This document shows, piece after piece, positions 24,210 through 32,000 of a stretch of DNA of 32,000 nt. The notes under the pieces were generated by a model. The model was not told where the DNA came from. It worked only from the letters and a program-made list of their open reading frames with translations, and ran no database searches. Origin of the DNA: Candidatus Nanoarchaeia archaeon (lineage in GTDB: Archaea; Nanobdellota; Nanobdellia; Woesearchaeales; JANQNC01); the NCBI GenBank assembly GCA_028279745.1, contig JANQNC010000001.1, positions 210,001-242,000 of the forward strand, given 5' to 3'. A program made the position numbers and the translations under genes. Numbering within the stretch: the first letter of the stretch is position 1; every line of letters starts with the position of its first letter.

Positions 24210-24998
24210 ATGGAAAAAGTAATTTTTACAGATTTAGATGGCACATTGTTGGATCACGATACTTATTCTTATGCAGCAGCAAAAGATGCTTTGAAGATAG
24301 TGAAAAAGCAGAAAATTCCTTTGGTGTTTTGTACAAGTAAAACAAGAGCAGAAATTGAGCATTACAGAAAAAAGTTTGGCAACAAAGATCCATTCATAGT
24401 GGAAGATGGCGGAGCAATATTTATCCCAACAGGATACTTTGATTTTGAATTTAAGAATGATGGCAAAGTTGGCAAATACTATGTGATCGAGTTAGGGACT
24501 CACTATGACAGATTGTTAAGAGTTGCAGAAGCGATGGAGAAAAAGTTTAGTCTAATAAAAACATTTCACGATATGACTGTAAAAGAGACAGCAAAAGATA
24601 CAGGGATGACTGTTGCGCAATCAAGAAGAGCCAAAAAAAGAGAATATGATGTTGTGTTTAAAATTTTGAAAAAGGACGAGGTTGAGAAAGAGATTCTTAG
24701 AGAGATCAAGAAACACAAACTGAATTATGTTATTGGCGGAAGATACTACCATATTGTCGGAGATAATGACAAAGGAAAAGCTGTAAAAATATTACTTAAA
24801 TTATTTAGAAAGAAATTTGGAAAAGTAAAATCAATAGGATTGGGAGATTCACAAAATGATTTCTCAATGTTAGAAAGCGTTACAGTGCCTTACTTAGTCA
24901 AGAAAAAATCCGGAAGGTATTCTTCCAAAAAATACAATCACGCAGATGGAATAGGACCAAAAGGCTGGAATAGAGCAGTCAAAAAGGAGTTGGAATAA
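24210..24998 (+). CDS. HAD-IIB phosphatase of the mannosyl-3-phosphoglycerate phosphatase (MPGP/YedP) family
   Basis: VIFTDLDGTLLDHDTYSY, PLVFCTSKTRAEIE, IVEDGGAIF, GLGDSQND. A TATA (TTTAAATA) ends 27 nt upstream, which suggests a near-leaderless mRNA. Confidence 0.8.
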   Translation: MEKVIFTDLDGTLLDHDTYSYAAAKDALKIVKKQKIPLVFCTSKTRAEIEHYRKKFGNKDPFIVEDGGAIFIPTGYFDFEFKNDGKVGKYYVIELGTHYDRLLRVAEAMEKKFSLIKTFHDMTVKETAKDTGMTVAQSRRAKKREYDVVFKILKKDEVEKEILREIKKHKLNYVIGGRYYHIVGDNDKGKAVKILLKLFRKKFGKVKSIGLGDSQNDFSMLESVTVPYLVKKKSGRYSSKKYNHADGIGPKGWNRAVKKELE

Positions 24999-26242
24999 TG
25001 ATCGATAAGAAAAAAGCAGATGCAATCTACAGAAAAAGCATTCAAGTTCTGAAAACAGTGCAGTTACCAAACGGAGGATGTTTAGCGACACCACCAGGAG
25101 CAAGATACCCTTACGTTTATCCTAGAGATCACGCAATAATAATTTTAGGCATGATATCTGCAGGGATGATGAAAGAAGCAAAGAAAGGAATTGATTTCGT
25201 GATGAAATCAGAACTAGAATCAGGAGCATTTCCACAAAGACTTGATAAAAAAGGAAACGATGCATCATACAAACCGATACAGATAGACGGAACAGGATTA
25301 ATTCTATATGCATATGCAGAATATGTTAAAGCAACAAATGACACCAAGTTTGCAGAGAAACACTGGGACAGAGCAAAAAGAGCAGTACACTATATTGTAG
25401 AAAACTTCTATGGCGAAAAACAATTGATCTTCACACCAAACTCAATACACGAGTTCCCACCAACAGAAGAAGGATTAGAGATCTGGGCTAATTGTACTTG
25501 TCATGCGGCACTTGAAAAAATGTACGAGCTTGGTGAATTATTAAATCATAAACACAACGAATGGAAGGAATTAGCCATAACAGTAAAAGAAGGAATAATG
25601 AGATATATGTGGAACGATAGGATTGGAACTTTTATCAAAAATGTAAGAATAAAAGAATCAAGTTCTGCTTTAGTTGACACAGATGCATCAGAATATGCAG
25701 TTGCAGATTATGGAGTTTTACCTGATGACGATCCTCGGGTTAGGTCCACAGTTAAAGATATTGAAAAAGATCTGTGGAACAAAGACTTAGGAGGATTATG
25801 CAGATATCCAAAATATGAAGGAAGAAATAATGGTGGATGGGGCCCGTGGCCGCACTTTACATTAATGGTTGCAAGACATTTTATTCGGTTGAGTGATAAG
25901 AAACGAGCTGACAAGTACATGAAATGGGTGATAGACCACACTTATGGCAATCTGATTCCAGAACATTTAGCGACAAAAAAAGAATTCGAAGAATATGTAA
26001 CAGACTTTACACAAGCTGGTTTGTTAAGGAAGGATAGGATGATAATGATAGAGAATGTAAGAAAACATCCTATGTTTAAGAAAAAAGGAGTTGCTTATGT
26101 GATAATACCTTTAGCATGGCCACATGCAGAATTCATCAGAACGTATAATTTGTATAAAGAAGCTTTCATCAACGGGAAGAAAGTTAAGAAGAAGGCAGTT
26201 AAGAAAAAAGCTAAAAAGAAAGTAACTAAAAGAAAAAAATAG
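24998..26242 (+). CDS. GH15-like (alpha/alpha)6-barrel glycoside hydrolase, catalytic domain only, with poly-Lys C-terminal tail
   Basis: YPYVYPRDHAIIILG, IQIDGTGLILYAY, GGLCRYPKYEGRNNGGWGPWPHFTLMVARH. C-terminal KKVKKKAVKKKAKKKVTKRKK. Start overlaps the upstream stop (TAATG). Confidence 0.75.
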   Translation: MIDKKKADAIYRKSIQVLKTVQLPNGGCLATPPGARYPYVYPRDHAIIILGMISAGMMKEAKKGIDFVMKSELESGAFPQRLDKKGNDASYKPIQIDGTGLILYAYAEYVKATNDTKFAEKHWDRAKRAVHYIVENFYGEKQLIFTPNSIHEFPPTEEGLEIWANCTCHAALEKMYELGELLNHKHNEWKELAITVKEGIMRYMWNDRIGTFIKNVRIKESSSALVDTDASEYAVADYGVLPDDDPRVRSTVKDIEKDLWNKDLGGLCRYPKYEGRNNGGWGPWPHFTLMVARHFIRLSDKKRADKYMKWVIDHTYGNLIPEHLATKKEFEEYVTDFTQAGLLRKDRMIMIENVRKHPMFKKKGVAYVIIPLAWPHAEFIRTYNLYKEAFINGKKVKKKAVKKKAKKKVTKRKK

Positions 26243-26254
26243 ATTGATGACAAA

Positions 26255-27157
26255 ATGGAATTCAAGAAAAGAAAAGAACCTATACTGACACCAGATCCTT
26301 CTCTAAAACATGAAAGGTTTTGCGTGTATAACCCTTGTGCAGTAAAACATAAAGGTAAAATTTACATGATCTATAGAGCAGAAGGGAAATATGATGAATA
26401 TGTTTCTACATTATGTCTTGCTACAAGTACAGATGGAATCAACTTTAGAAAGTATAAGAAAAACCCAATCATAAAACCCACAAGAAAAGAAGAAAAAAGA
26501 GGTTGTGAAGATCCAAGAATCACAAAAATAGGAGATACTTTCTACTTAACGTATACTGCGTTTGAAAAAGCTAACCCTGGAGAGAAAGGGAAAATAAATT
26601 TATCACTAGCAACATCAAAAGATCTAATCCATTGGAAGAAAAAAGGAATTATAATCAAGAATTACAAATCAGGAATTATCCTGCCTGAGAAAGTTAATGA
26701 TGAGTACCTGATGTTCATTGGAGATACAAACATCAAAGTGGCAAGATCAAAGGATTTATTGAGGTGGAAGTTAGACAAAAAACCCTTGATGAGTGTTCGC
26801 TCAAAAAAGTTTGATTCTAAATTAGTTGAAACAGGACCTCCACTGATTTATGACAATAACAAAATACTATTCATTTACAATTCAGCAGATAAGTTGATCA
26901 GGTATCATGTTGGATATTGTGTTCTGGATAGGCTTAACCCCTGCAAGATATTTAAGAGGTGCTCTGAACCAATATTAAGTCCAACAGAACAATTTGAATT
27001 GTATGGAAAAGTAAATAATGTAGTGTTTGCAGAAGGACTAGTAGAACATAAAGGAAAATATTTCTTGTATCATGGTGGCGCAGACAAATGTGTTGGTGTT
27101 GCAATTGCAAACAAAAAAGACGTATTTAAACTAATCAGAAATTCTCAATCTTACTAA
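26255..27157 (+). CDS. GH130 family glycoside phosphorylase/hydrolase (DUF377)
   Basis: FCVYNPCAVKHKGKIYMIYRAEG, LATSTDGINF, GCEDPRITKIGDTFYLTYTAF, YHGGADKCVGVA. Confidence 0.85.
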   Translation: MEFKKRKEPILTPDPSLKHERFCVYNPCAVKHKGKIYMIYRAEGKYDEYVSTLCLATSTDGINFRKYKKNPIIKPTRKEEKRGCEDPRITKIGDTFYLTYTAFEKANPGEKGKINLSLATSKDLIHWKKKGIIIKNYKSGIILPEKVNDEYLMFIGDTNIKVARSKDLLRWKLDKKPLMSVRSKKFDSKLVETGPPLIYDNNKILFIYNSADKLIRYHVGYCVLDRLNPCKIFKRCSEPILSPTEQFELYGKVNNVVFAEGLVEHKGKYFLYHGGADKCVGVAIANKKDVFKLIRNSQSY

Positions 27158-27431
27158 CTTTTTTAGTAGTTAACATATAATACAAGGTGCAAACCACACC
27201 ATCCCCATTAGACTTCTTTTTAAAATCTCTAATCATCCTATCATCACGATCCTTAACGACATAAAACTCTTCCATGCCTTTGTAAAGAACCTGAAGAACT
27301 GCTTTTTGTTGATTGCTAGCTTTCATAGTTCTCAAAGCTGCATCCAAAGAGCCTTCTTTGTTTTCAGCCATGATCTCTTTAATCCTTTCCGTTGTATAGT
27401 TAGGCATAAGTTGAATGGCAAGAGAATTCAT
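27135..27431 (-). CDS. hypothetical protein (98 aa)
   Basis: ORF only. Its 3' end overlaps the convergent GH130 gene by 23 nt. No motif recognised. Confidence 0.4.
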   Translation of the reverse strand: MNSLAIQLMPNYTTERIKEIMAENKEGSLDAALRTMKASNQQKAVLQVLYKGMEEFYVVKDRDDRMIRDFKKKSNGDGVVCTLYYMLTTKKVSKIENF

Positions 27432-27442
27432 ATATAAAATTT

Positions 27443-27856
27443 ATGAACAAAAACTATTTAAATAGGAAAACTAGGTTATATATTATGGTATACACACCAC
27501 AAAAGCATCCGAAGCAAGCATTGATACTGATAACAGTTATTGCATCAGCAGGAATACTGGGCGGGTTATACATTTCAGAATACTTCTTAGGAATTGCACT
27601 GATGTTCTGGATGCAGTATACAGCAGTGTTAAGTTATTTACAATTTAAACACAAACACGAAAAAATAAAAGACGGAATAAATGTTTATTTACTAAATCCT
27701 ATTTTGAGATTCTTTATCTTTGAACTAATCGCATTTTGGGGACTAGCAATGTTGATATGGTGGGAAACAAAACTAGTCGGAATATTAGCACTGGCAGCAT
27801 GGTGGATATTCTCATTGAACTTCTATTTCTATTACAAAAAGAGAACTAGTAAGTAA
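27443..27856 (+). CDS. small integral membrane protein (about 4 TM helices)
   Basis: Hydrophobic segments ALILITVIASAGILGGLYI, FLGIALMFWMQYTAVL, FFIFELIAFWGLAMLIWW, GILALAAWWIFSLNFYF. Confidence 0.6.
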   Translation: MNKNYLNRKTRLYIMVYTPQKHPKQALILITVIASAGILGGLYISEYFLGIALMFWMQYTAVLSYLQFKHKHEKIKDGINVYLLNPILRFFIFELIAFWGLAMLIWWETKLVGILALAAWWIFSLNFYFYYKKRTSK

Positions 27857-28757
27857 GAGTCGCTTCTAAAAATCCGTAATCTTTTTTCATAGCAACACTT
27901 AGTGACTTATCCTCGTTAGTGTAACCAAGCCCACAAGTCAATACTTTTCTATTGCCCGCATTATCCATGCCTGCACGCAAAGCAAAGTTGCCAACTTTCT
28001 GTTCAATACCTGCTCTAATGCCTGGACTCCCCACTACAATAAAATTCAAATATTTAGCAAACGGTGCCAAAGCACTATAATAGCTAGAAGCTAATGTCAA
28101 GTCTCCTAGTTTATTATTTATTGTGTAACTAATGCCCGGTCTTAAATTTAATGCCTTAACATGCAAAGTAGACCAAGTCCTTGCCAAAACTCCCAGCCTT
28201 AATCTGTCATCATCAGTCAAAAGATTGCTTTTTTGGAATAAACCACTTAGCTCATAATCTAAAAACCTTCCTTGTCTTTTTTTATCATCACTCGTTTCAT
28301 GAATCCTCTTTGGAGTTATTGCTCCGCCAACTGAAAAGTTATCATTAATCTTGAAACCCGCAGCAATCTTTAACCAGTTCATAGTTTCGTTATAATCTGC
28401 ACCCTCTTTTATTATGTATTTTCTTCCTTCAAAAGAAAGATCCTTTATGTCTTGGCTAGAGTTCATCAACTGAAGACCCAAACCTAACCTGCCCAGTAGT
28501 GGAGTAGCAAAAGATAAAGTGTTATCATATCTATATGATTCACAATTACCTACAAGTTTTGTAAAAGTAAGAGCAGGTCTTTTTAGAAAAGGTATCTTTG
28601 CTTGATTCCAGTAGGTCGAGTTAGCATCATCACTTATAGTTATGCCCGCGTGACCCATAGCCATCTGCTTAGCACCAGTGCAAGCTTGATTCACAGATGT
28701 GTGTAAAAGTAAAGCAATCAGTGCAGTTGACAATGTTCGTTTTAGTTTTTTGATCAT
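27846..28757 (-). CDS. exported bacterial outer-membrane-like beta-barrel protein (FadL/TraF/PorV-like N-terminal motif)
   Basis: Signal peptide MIKKLKRTLSTALIALLLHTSVNQA. Then GAKQMAMGHAGITISDDANSTYWNQAKIPF, which resembles the G.R..GMGGA..A..D....NPA motif of these barrels. About 14 alternating amphipathic strands (RLGLGLQLMN, WLKIAAGFKIN, NFALRAGMDN, LTCGLGYTN...). C-terminus is LEATLTY, ending in an aromatic residue. Confidence 0.65.
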   Translation of the reverse strand: MIKKLKRTLSTALIALLLHTSVNQACTGAKQMAMGHAGITISDDANSTYWNQAKIPFLKRPALTFTKLVGNCESYRYDNTLSFATPLLGRLGLGLQLMNSSQDIKDLSFEGRKYIIKEGADYNETMNWLKIAAGFKINDNFSVGGAITPKRIHETSDDKKRQGRFLDYELSGLFQKSNLLTDDDRLRLGVLARTWSTLHVKALNLRPGISYTINNKLGDLTLASSYYSALAPFAKYLNFIVVGSPGIRAGIEQKVGNFALRAGMDNAGNRKVLTCGLGYTNEDKSLSVAMKKDYGFLEATLTY

Positions 28758-29854
28758 CTTTTTCTTACCATATATACTTTATCAGGAAGGTTTCCAAATT
28801 CAAACTTCTCTCTAGATGCTTTCATCTCGCAATGGGATTCTGTAGGCACTATGTATATTTGTACTCCCCCCATACTTGGCAATGGACGCATCACTTGAAC
28901 GATGTCTTTAGGCAGTACAAATCTGCTGTTCATCTTATCTATCAGAACAGGATTATACTCTCCGGTTATAGAACCTGTAAACTTATCTCTAGAAAACATT
29001 TCATGATACCATTTCATCCTGTTAAATGAATCATTAAGTGTTACAAATCTTTTGTCAGTTATCTTAATGCCTTTTTCTTCTCCAAAATAGAAATATTGGT
29101 CTCTCCATCTTAAAGAATTAAATAATCCTTCAGCAAAAGCTTCACAAAGATCTTCAGTCTCCTCATCGGTTCTTGTAACAATTGTTGTGTTCTTGTTTGC
29201 TAGTTCGCTAAAACCGCCAGTTCTGCAGCCGTCAACAATCATTACATTGCCTTTTGTTTTGAGATGTTTAAAGTGGTAATTAAATCCTTTAGGATTCCAA
29301 ACAATCAGGTCTTCTGGATCTCCGCTTGATCCCAGAGTAAGTATGTTGCTTGTTTTTTTCTTTTCATTATAATATCCATGGCCTGTGATGTACAAAAAGA
29401 ATTCGCTGTTAGAATCTAGTTTTTTCGCACCATCCAATAAGTATCTTAGATTTTTTGAAGTTGGCGGTCCGATTATACGGGGGACTGTCAAAACAGGATA
29501 CTTATGCATAACATTGTACACGATTGATGTTAAATCTCCCCCCGTCTCTGCTTTCTTTCCTTTCGCGACTTTTTCTATGTTTTCTTCATCTTGGTAGTTT
29601 GCATAAGGAACGCTAAGAACTTTTATGTCATTCTCATTAAACCCTATCCACCTGAAAAAATTGTATGAACGCAACACATTATCCATGTGATGATCTTCTT
29701 CAGCATGATTAACAATAACAGCCAAACCTTTCCTGCTTCCTGTGTTGTACTTTGAGTTTCTTGATGTTGCTTGGTATAAACCAGGAGCACATGATGAAAC
29801 TAAAGCTGCTAAACCTGCGCCGCCTGCTGTTGTTAGAAAGTTTCTTCTGTTCAT
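28754..29854 (-). CDS. Tat-signal lipoprotein, clan CD (legumain/gingipain/caspase-like) cysteine peptidase
   Basis: Twin-arginine signal MNRRNFLTTAGGAGLAALVSSC with a lipobox-like Cys. Catalytic dyad context FFLYITGHGYY and VMIVDGCRTGGF in clan CD order. ATGA overlap with the barrel gene. Confidence 0.7.
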   Translation of the reverse strand: MNRRNFLTTAGGAGLAALVSSCAPGLYQATSRNSKYNTGSRKGLAVIVNHAEEDHHMDNVLRSYNFFRWIGFNENDIKVLSVPYANYQDEENIEKVAKGKKAETGGDLTSIVYNVMHKYPVLTVPRIIGPPTSKNLRYLLDGAKKLDSNSEFFLYITGHGYYNEKKKTSNILTLGSSGDPEDLIVWNPKGFNYHFKHLKTKGNVMIVDGCRTGGFSELANKNTTIVTRTDEETEDLCEAFAEGLFNSLRWRDQYFYFGEEKGIKITDKRFVTLNDSFNRMKWYHEMFSRDKFTGSITGEYNPVLIDKMNSRFVLPKDIVQVMRPLPSMGGVQIYIVPTESHCEMKASREKFEFGNLPDKVYMVRKR

Positions 29855-29856
29855 TT

Positions 29857-30372
29857 CTATACCTCGATATTTAATTCATAACCCAACCTATTTGCGATTA
29901 GTAAAACAGCCTGGTCAACTGCTTTACTTCTTGAAGCATATCCTGGGAAACCTTTAACAACTTCCAGTTTTGGGTTATCTAACCCACATAATAATCTGGT
30001 TTCTGGCGTTATTAACATCCCAATGTATGTTTTGTTTTCTTTGAAGTGTTCTTTGAATCCTTCAAGATCTGCTTCTGAAAAGTTTCTTGCGTAATATTCT
30101 CCGAACTTTTCTATAGTTCCTTTTGAATGTGTGTGGAATTTAACAAAGTTATATTCTGGATTTTTTTCAAAAAATTCATTGACTATGGCCATTCTTTCAG
30201 GAGTTGAGCTTACGTGTCCTTCTGTTCCTTTTCCTGTGATAAATATTGTTTCAATAGGACAGTATTCTTCTTTGGGTCTGTATAATAAAACACCATTCAC
30301 TTCAGATTTTAGATTAGCAAGGCTAACCAATCTCTGTTCTAGTTCTTTTGGCAGTAATACTGTTCGTTTCAT
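29857..30372 (-). CDS. JAB/MPN-like (JAMM variant) protein
   Basis: Upstream Glu (SEVNGVLLY), FHTHS, and SEAD. These match the E...HxH...SxxD elements of JAMM, but the spacer between HxH and SxxD is longer than canonical. Confidence 0.5.
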   Translation of the reverse strand: MKRTVLLPKELEQRLVSLANLKSEVNGVLLYRPKEEYCPIETIFITGKGTEGHVSSTPERMAIVNEFFEKNPEYNFVKFHTHSKGTIEKFGEYYARNFSEADLEGFKEHFKENKTYIGMLITPETRLLCGLDNPKLEVVKGFPGYASRSKAVDQAVLLIANRLGYELNIEV

Positions 30373-30920
30373 CTTTCTACAGCTCCTTCTTTAACCATAC
30401 TGGAACCTTTCATATCAATAGCATCTAAAGGTATTAACAGTTCAGGAATCTCATATATCTCTCCTGACTTTTTGTTTTCCCAAGATGACCTGCAGTTCAC
30501 TTTGCCAGTTGGCTTGTATTCCTGAAGAAAGTTTTCAAGAATGTGAGAATTATTCCAATATTCAGGAATCTTTTCTGCTCTTCTTAGGCTTACAATCTCT
30601 CCAGCAAGCAGGTGGGGTGCTACAACACATCTTTTCGGGTTAACTGAAATTTCAGCCCAGTAAGATTTTTCTAACTCGCCCTGGCTTGGTTTACTTAAGT
30701 AAGCATAAACTGAATTAAGTATTGGGTTTCCATTCCAAATCTCCCCGTATTTTTCTGGCGCGGCTTGACCAAACTTTTCTAGAATCGCTAGCCCCAGTTT
30801 AGCACCTGCTTTCATTGAATCAGTTCCGTTTCTTAGCCATTCCTCAAGGCCTTCACGATAACTTCTGAACTCCAATCTAGGAAAATTTCCCATGTTTCTG
30901 TAAACTTTAACTTGAGTCAT
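30369..30920 (-). CDS. hypothetical protein (183 aa) of the operon
   Basis: The track start is GTG at 30929. The ATG at 30920 forms an ATGA overlap with the upstream stop and has GGGTGG 6 nt upstream, so it is preferred. No motif recognised. Two Cys (NPKRCVVAPH, VNCRSSW). Confidence 0.6.
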   Translation of the reverse strand: MTQVKVYRNMGNFPRLEFRSYREGLEEWLRNGTDSMKAGAKLGLAILEKFGQAAPEKYGEIWNGNPILNSVYAYLSKPSQGELEKSYWAEISVNPKRCVVAPHLLAGEIVSLRRAEKIPEYWNNSHILENFLQEYKPTGKVNCRSSWENKKSGEIYEIPELLIPLDAIDMKGSSMVKEGAVER

Positions 30921-31384
30921 CTTTTCCACCCTTGTTTAATTAAAGATTTGATGTATACGTTTAAGGTGTATATCCTCCTGTCGTCTTCAAAATCCATCTC
31001 TTCAAAAGTAAAGAGAGTATTATGACGGTTAAGAACCCCCACATATATTTCCTTAAGTGTGCAGTCATTATAAGGCCATCTAGGCATCTCTTCGTTCTGT
31101 TTAAGTTTTAATAATTCATCCAAATCCTCTTGAGTGTAAAGTATAATTGAATCAATACTTTTTCCCCTTAAAGAAAAGCCGATAGATCTTTGGTTGCCAT
31201 CCAACACAAGATATTTATCTGTCTGTTTATAGGGTGTTGTTACAATTGGAAAATTAAAAAATTTTAGGCATTCTTCAGGTGCAGAATCAGGGTTGTCGAT
31301 CATCTTGATAACATTATCTGAAGTATCGTTACGTATATCGTCAACAGGTACAAGCTGTTCTGCTATAAGTTTTGTTCTTTTCAT
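30917..31384 (-). CDS. ParB/sulfiredoxin-fold (ParB N-terminal domain-like) protein
   Basis: LVPVDDIRND ... FPIVTT ... YLVLDGNQRSIGF follows the ParB-N pattern (target-proximal Arg, then a hydrophobic-DGxxR box). 155 aa, with no HTH evident. Confidence 0.5.
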   Translation of the reverse strand: MKRTKLIAEQLVPVDDIRNDTSDNVIKMIDNPDSAPEECLKFFNFPIVTTPYKQTDKYLVLDGNQRSIGFSLRGKSIDSIILYTQEDLDELLKLKQNEEMPRWPYNDCTLKEIYVGVLNRHNTLFTFEEMDFEDDRRIYTLNVYIKSLIKQGWKR

Positions 31385-32000
31385 TTCCTTATCCTCACCA
31401 TCATTGCATAATCATAATCATCTAGGTTGATAAAAGAAAAATTCTCTTTAGGTACAAAGTTCAAATAATCAAGAACTCTCTGTTCTGTGTATCTTTGAGA
31501 CCACCAGCCTTCTTTTGTTGATGTAAAACAATCTTCTTTATTGGATGTTATTGTCCAACCAAAGTTTCTGTAAGTCTCTTCCTGTTTCTTTCTAGTTTCA
31601 TCAGTATCTATGTACATAGATCCGATTATTATCTCTCCATCAGGATTAAGCATCTCATGTGCTTGTTTGAATATACTTGTGAATTTGTCATTTTCTGTCA
31701 GATCATACCCCTGCGTGTAGTTTTTGATATCATACCCAAAAGGATAGAAGTTACCTGCAGTGAACCAGGTTGTGATTATCATATCATATTTTTTGTCTAA
31801 AGTTTTAAGATCTACAGCATCTAGTTGTGTTATGTTTACTTTACCTTCAAGACCCATATCACTGACAACTTCAGTTGAGATATCAATACAATCTTGAGCT
31901 ACATCTATTCCCTCATACGCTCTTATGGCATTTGATATATCTTGATGTTTGAATAATTCCTTAATCAGTCTTCCATCTCCAACACCAATATCAAGTATTG
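31381..32000 (-). CDS. class I SAM-dependent methyltransferase; 5' end beyond window
   Basis: The frame stays open upstream of the track Met to the window edge. My translation from 31998 is ILDIGVGDGRLIKELF (motif I), then YEGIDVAQ, LDAVDL, YDMIITTWF. No DPPY/NPPY or PCQ DNA-methyltransferase motif is visible. Confidence 0.8.
   Translation of the reverse strand, partial: ILDIGVGDGRLIKELFKHQDISNAIRAYEGIDVAQDCIDISTEVVSDMGLEGKVNITQLDAVDLKTLDKKYDMIITTWFTAGNFYPFGYDIKNYTQGYDLTENDKFTSIFKQAHEMLNPDGEIIIGSMYIDTDETRKKQEETYRNFGWTITSNKEDCFTSTKEGWWSQRYTEQRVLDYLNFVPKENFSFINLDDYDYAMMVRIRK

Noticed and set aside
27846-29854. Gasdermin-plus-caspase-like-protease defence pair
   Set aside because: The 303-aa protein has an N-terminal signal peptide, strand periodicity along its whole length and an OMP-type C-terminal aromatic residue. 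The protease is Tat-exported. Bacterial gasdermins are cytosolic and are activated by cytosolic proteases.
29857-32000. Restriction-modification, BREX-like or CBASS (Cap3 JAB) defence module
   Set aside because: The visible methyltransferase portion lacks DNA-methyltransferase catalytic motifs (DPPY/NPPY, PCQ). No nuclease, helicase/ATPase, CD-NTase or E1/E2 gene is present in the window. The unseen upstream part of the operon leaves this open.
1-32000. CRISPR arrays, rRNA genes, transposases and alternative genetic code
   Set aside because: No regularly spaced direct repeats, rRNA-like sequence or transposase motifs were noticed. Long ORFs terminate normally, so there is no sign of stop-codon reassignment.

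Overview
AT-rich archaeal chromosomal segment. Archaeal markers are ftsZ-secE-spt5, Alba, ribosomal protein eS17, archaeal-type ProRS and CMP kinase, TATA/BRE-like promoters, oligo-T terminators and a BHB-intron tRNA. The many small or unknown proteins and large cysteine-rich surface proteins suggest a DPANN-like lineage, which is my inference. About 40 genes are supported. Housekeeping genes are ftsZ, secE, spt5, proS, cmk, an FKBP PPIase, rlmH, yjbQ, albA, rps17e and a ParA/MinD ATPase. Signalling genes are a hybrid histidine kinase, a tail-anchored class III adenylate cyclase, and an AbrB-PhoU regulator coupled to a receiver-domain protein with a PI3/PI4-kinase-like C-terminal domain. There is also a three-gene sugar operon (MPGP-like HAD phosphatase, GH15-like, GH130), three exported cysteine-rich or giant surface proteins, and tRNA-Arg(UCG) with a 45-nt intron in the T-loop. 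The best candidate for an undescribed system is the minus-strand operon at 27846-32000, which runs off the window. It encodes a SAM methyltransferase, a ParB/Srx-like protein, a 183-aa unknown, a JAB/MPN-like protein, a Tat-signal lipoprotein clan-CD cysteine peptidase and a bacterial-type outer-membrane-like beta-barrel. Four of its junctions are ATGA overlaps. Other notable structure: five abutting stem-loops of identical architecture at 17959-18098, two small-protein paralogs with near-identical promoters, a recurring C-terminal sorting-signal-like motif, and two tandem unannotated small acidic ORFs. No CRISPR array, rRNA, transposase or integrase was seen. All functional calls rest on motif reading and recalled family signatures, not on database searches.
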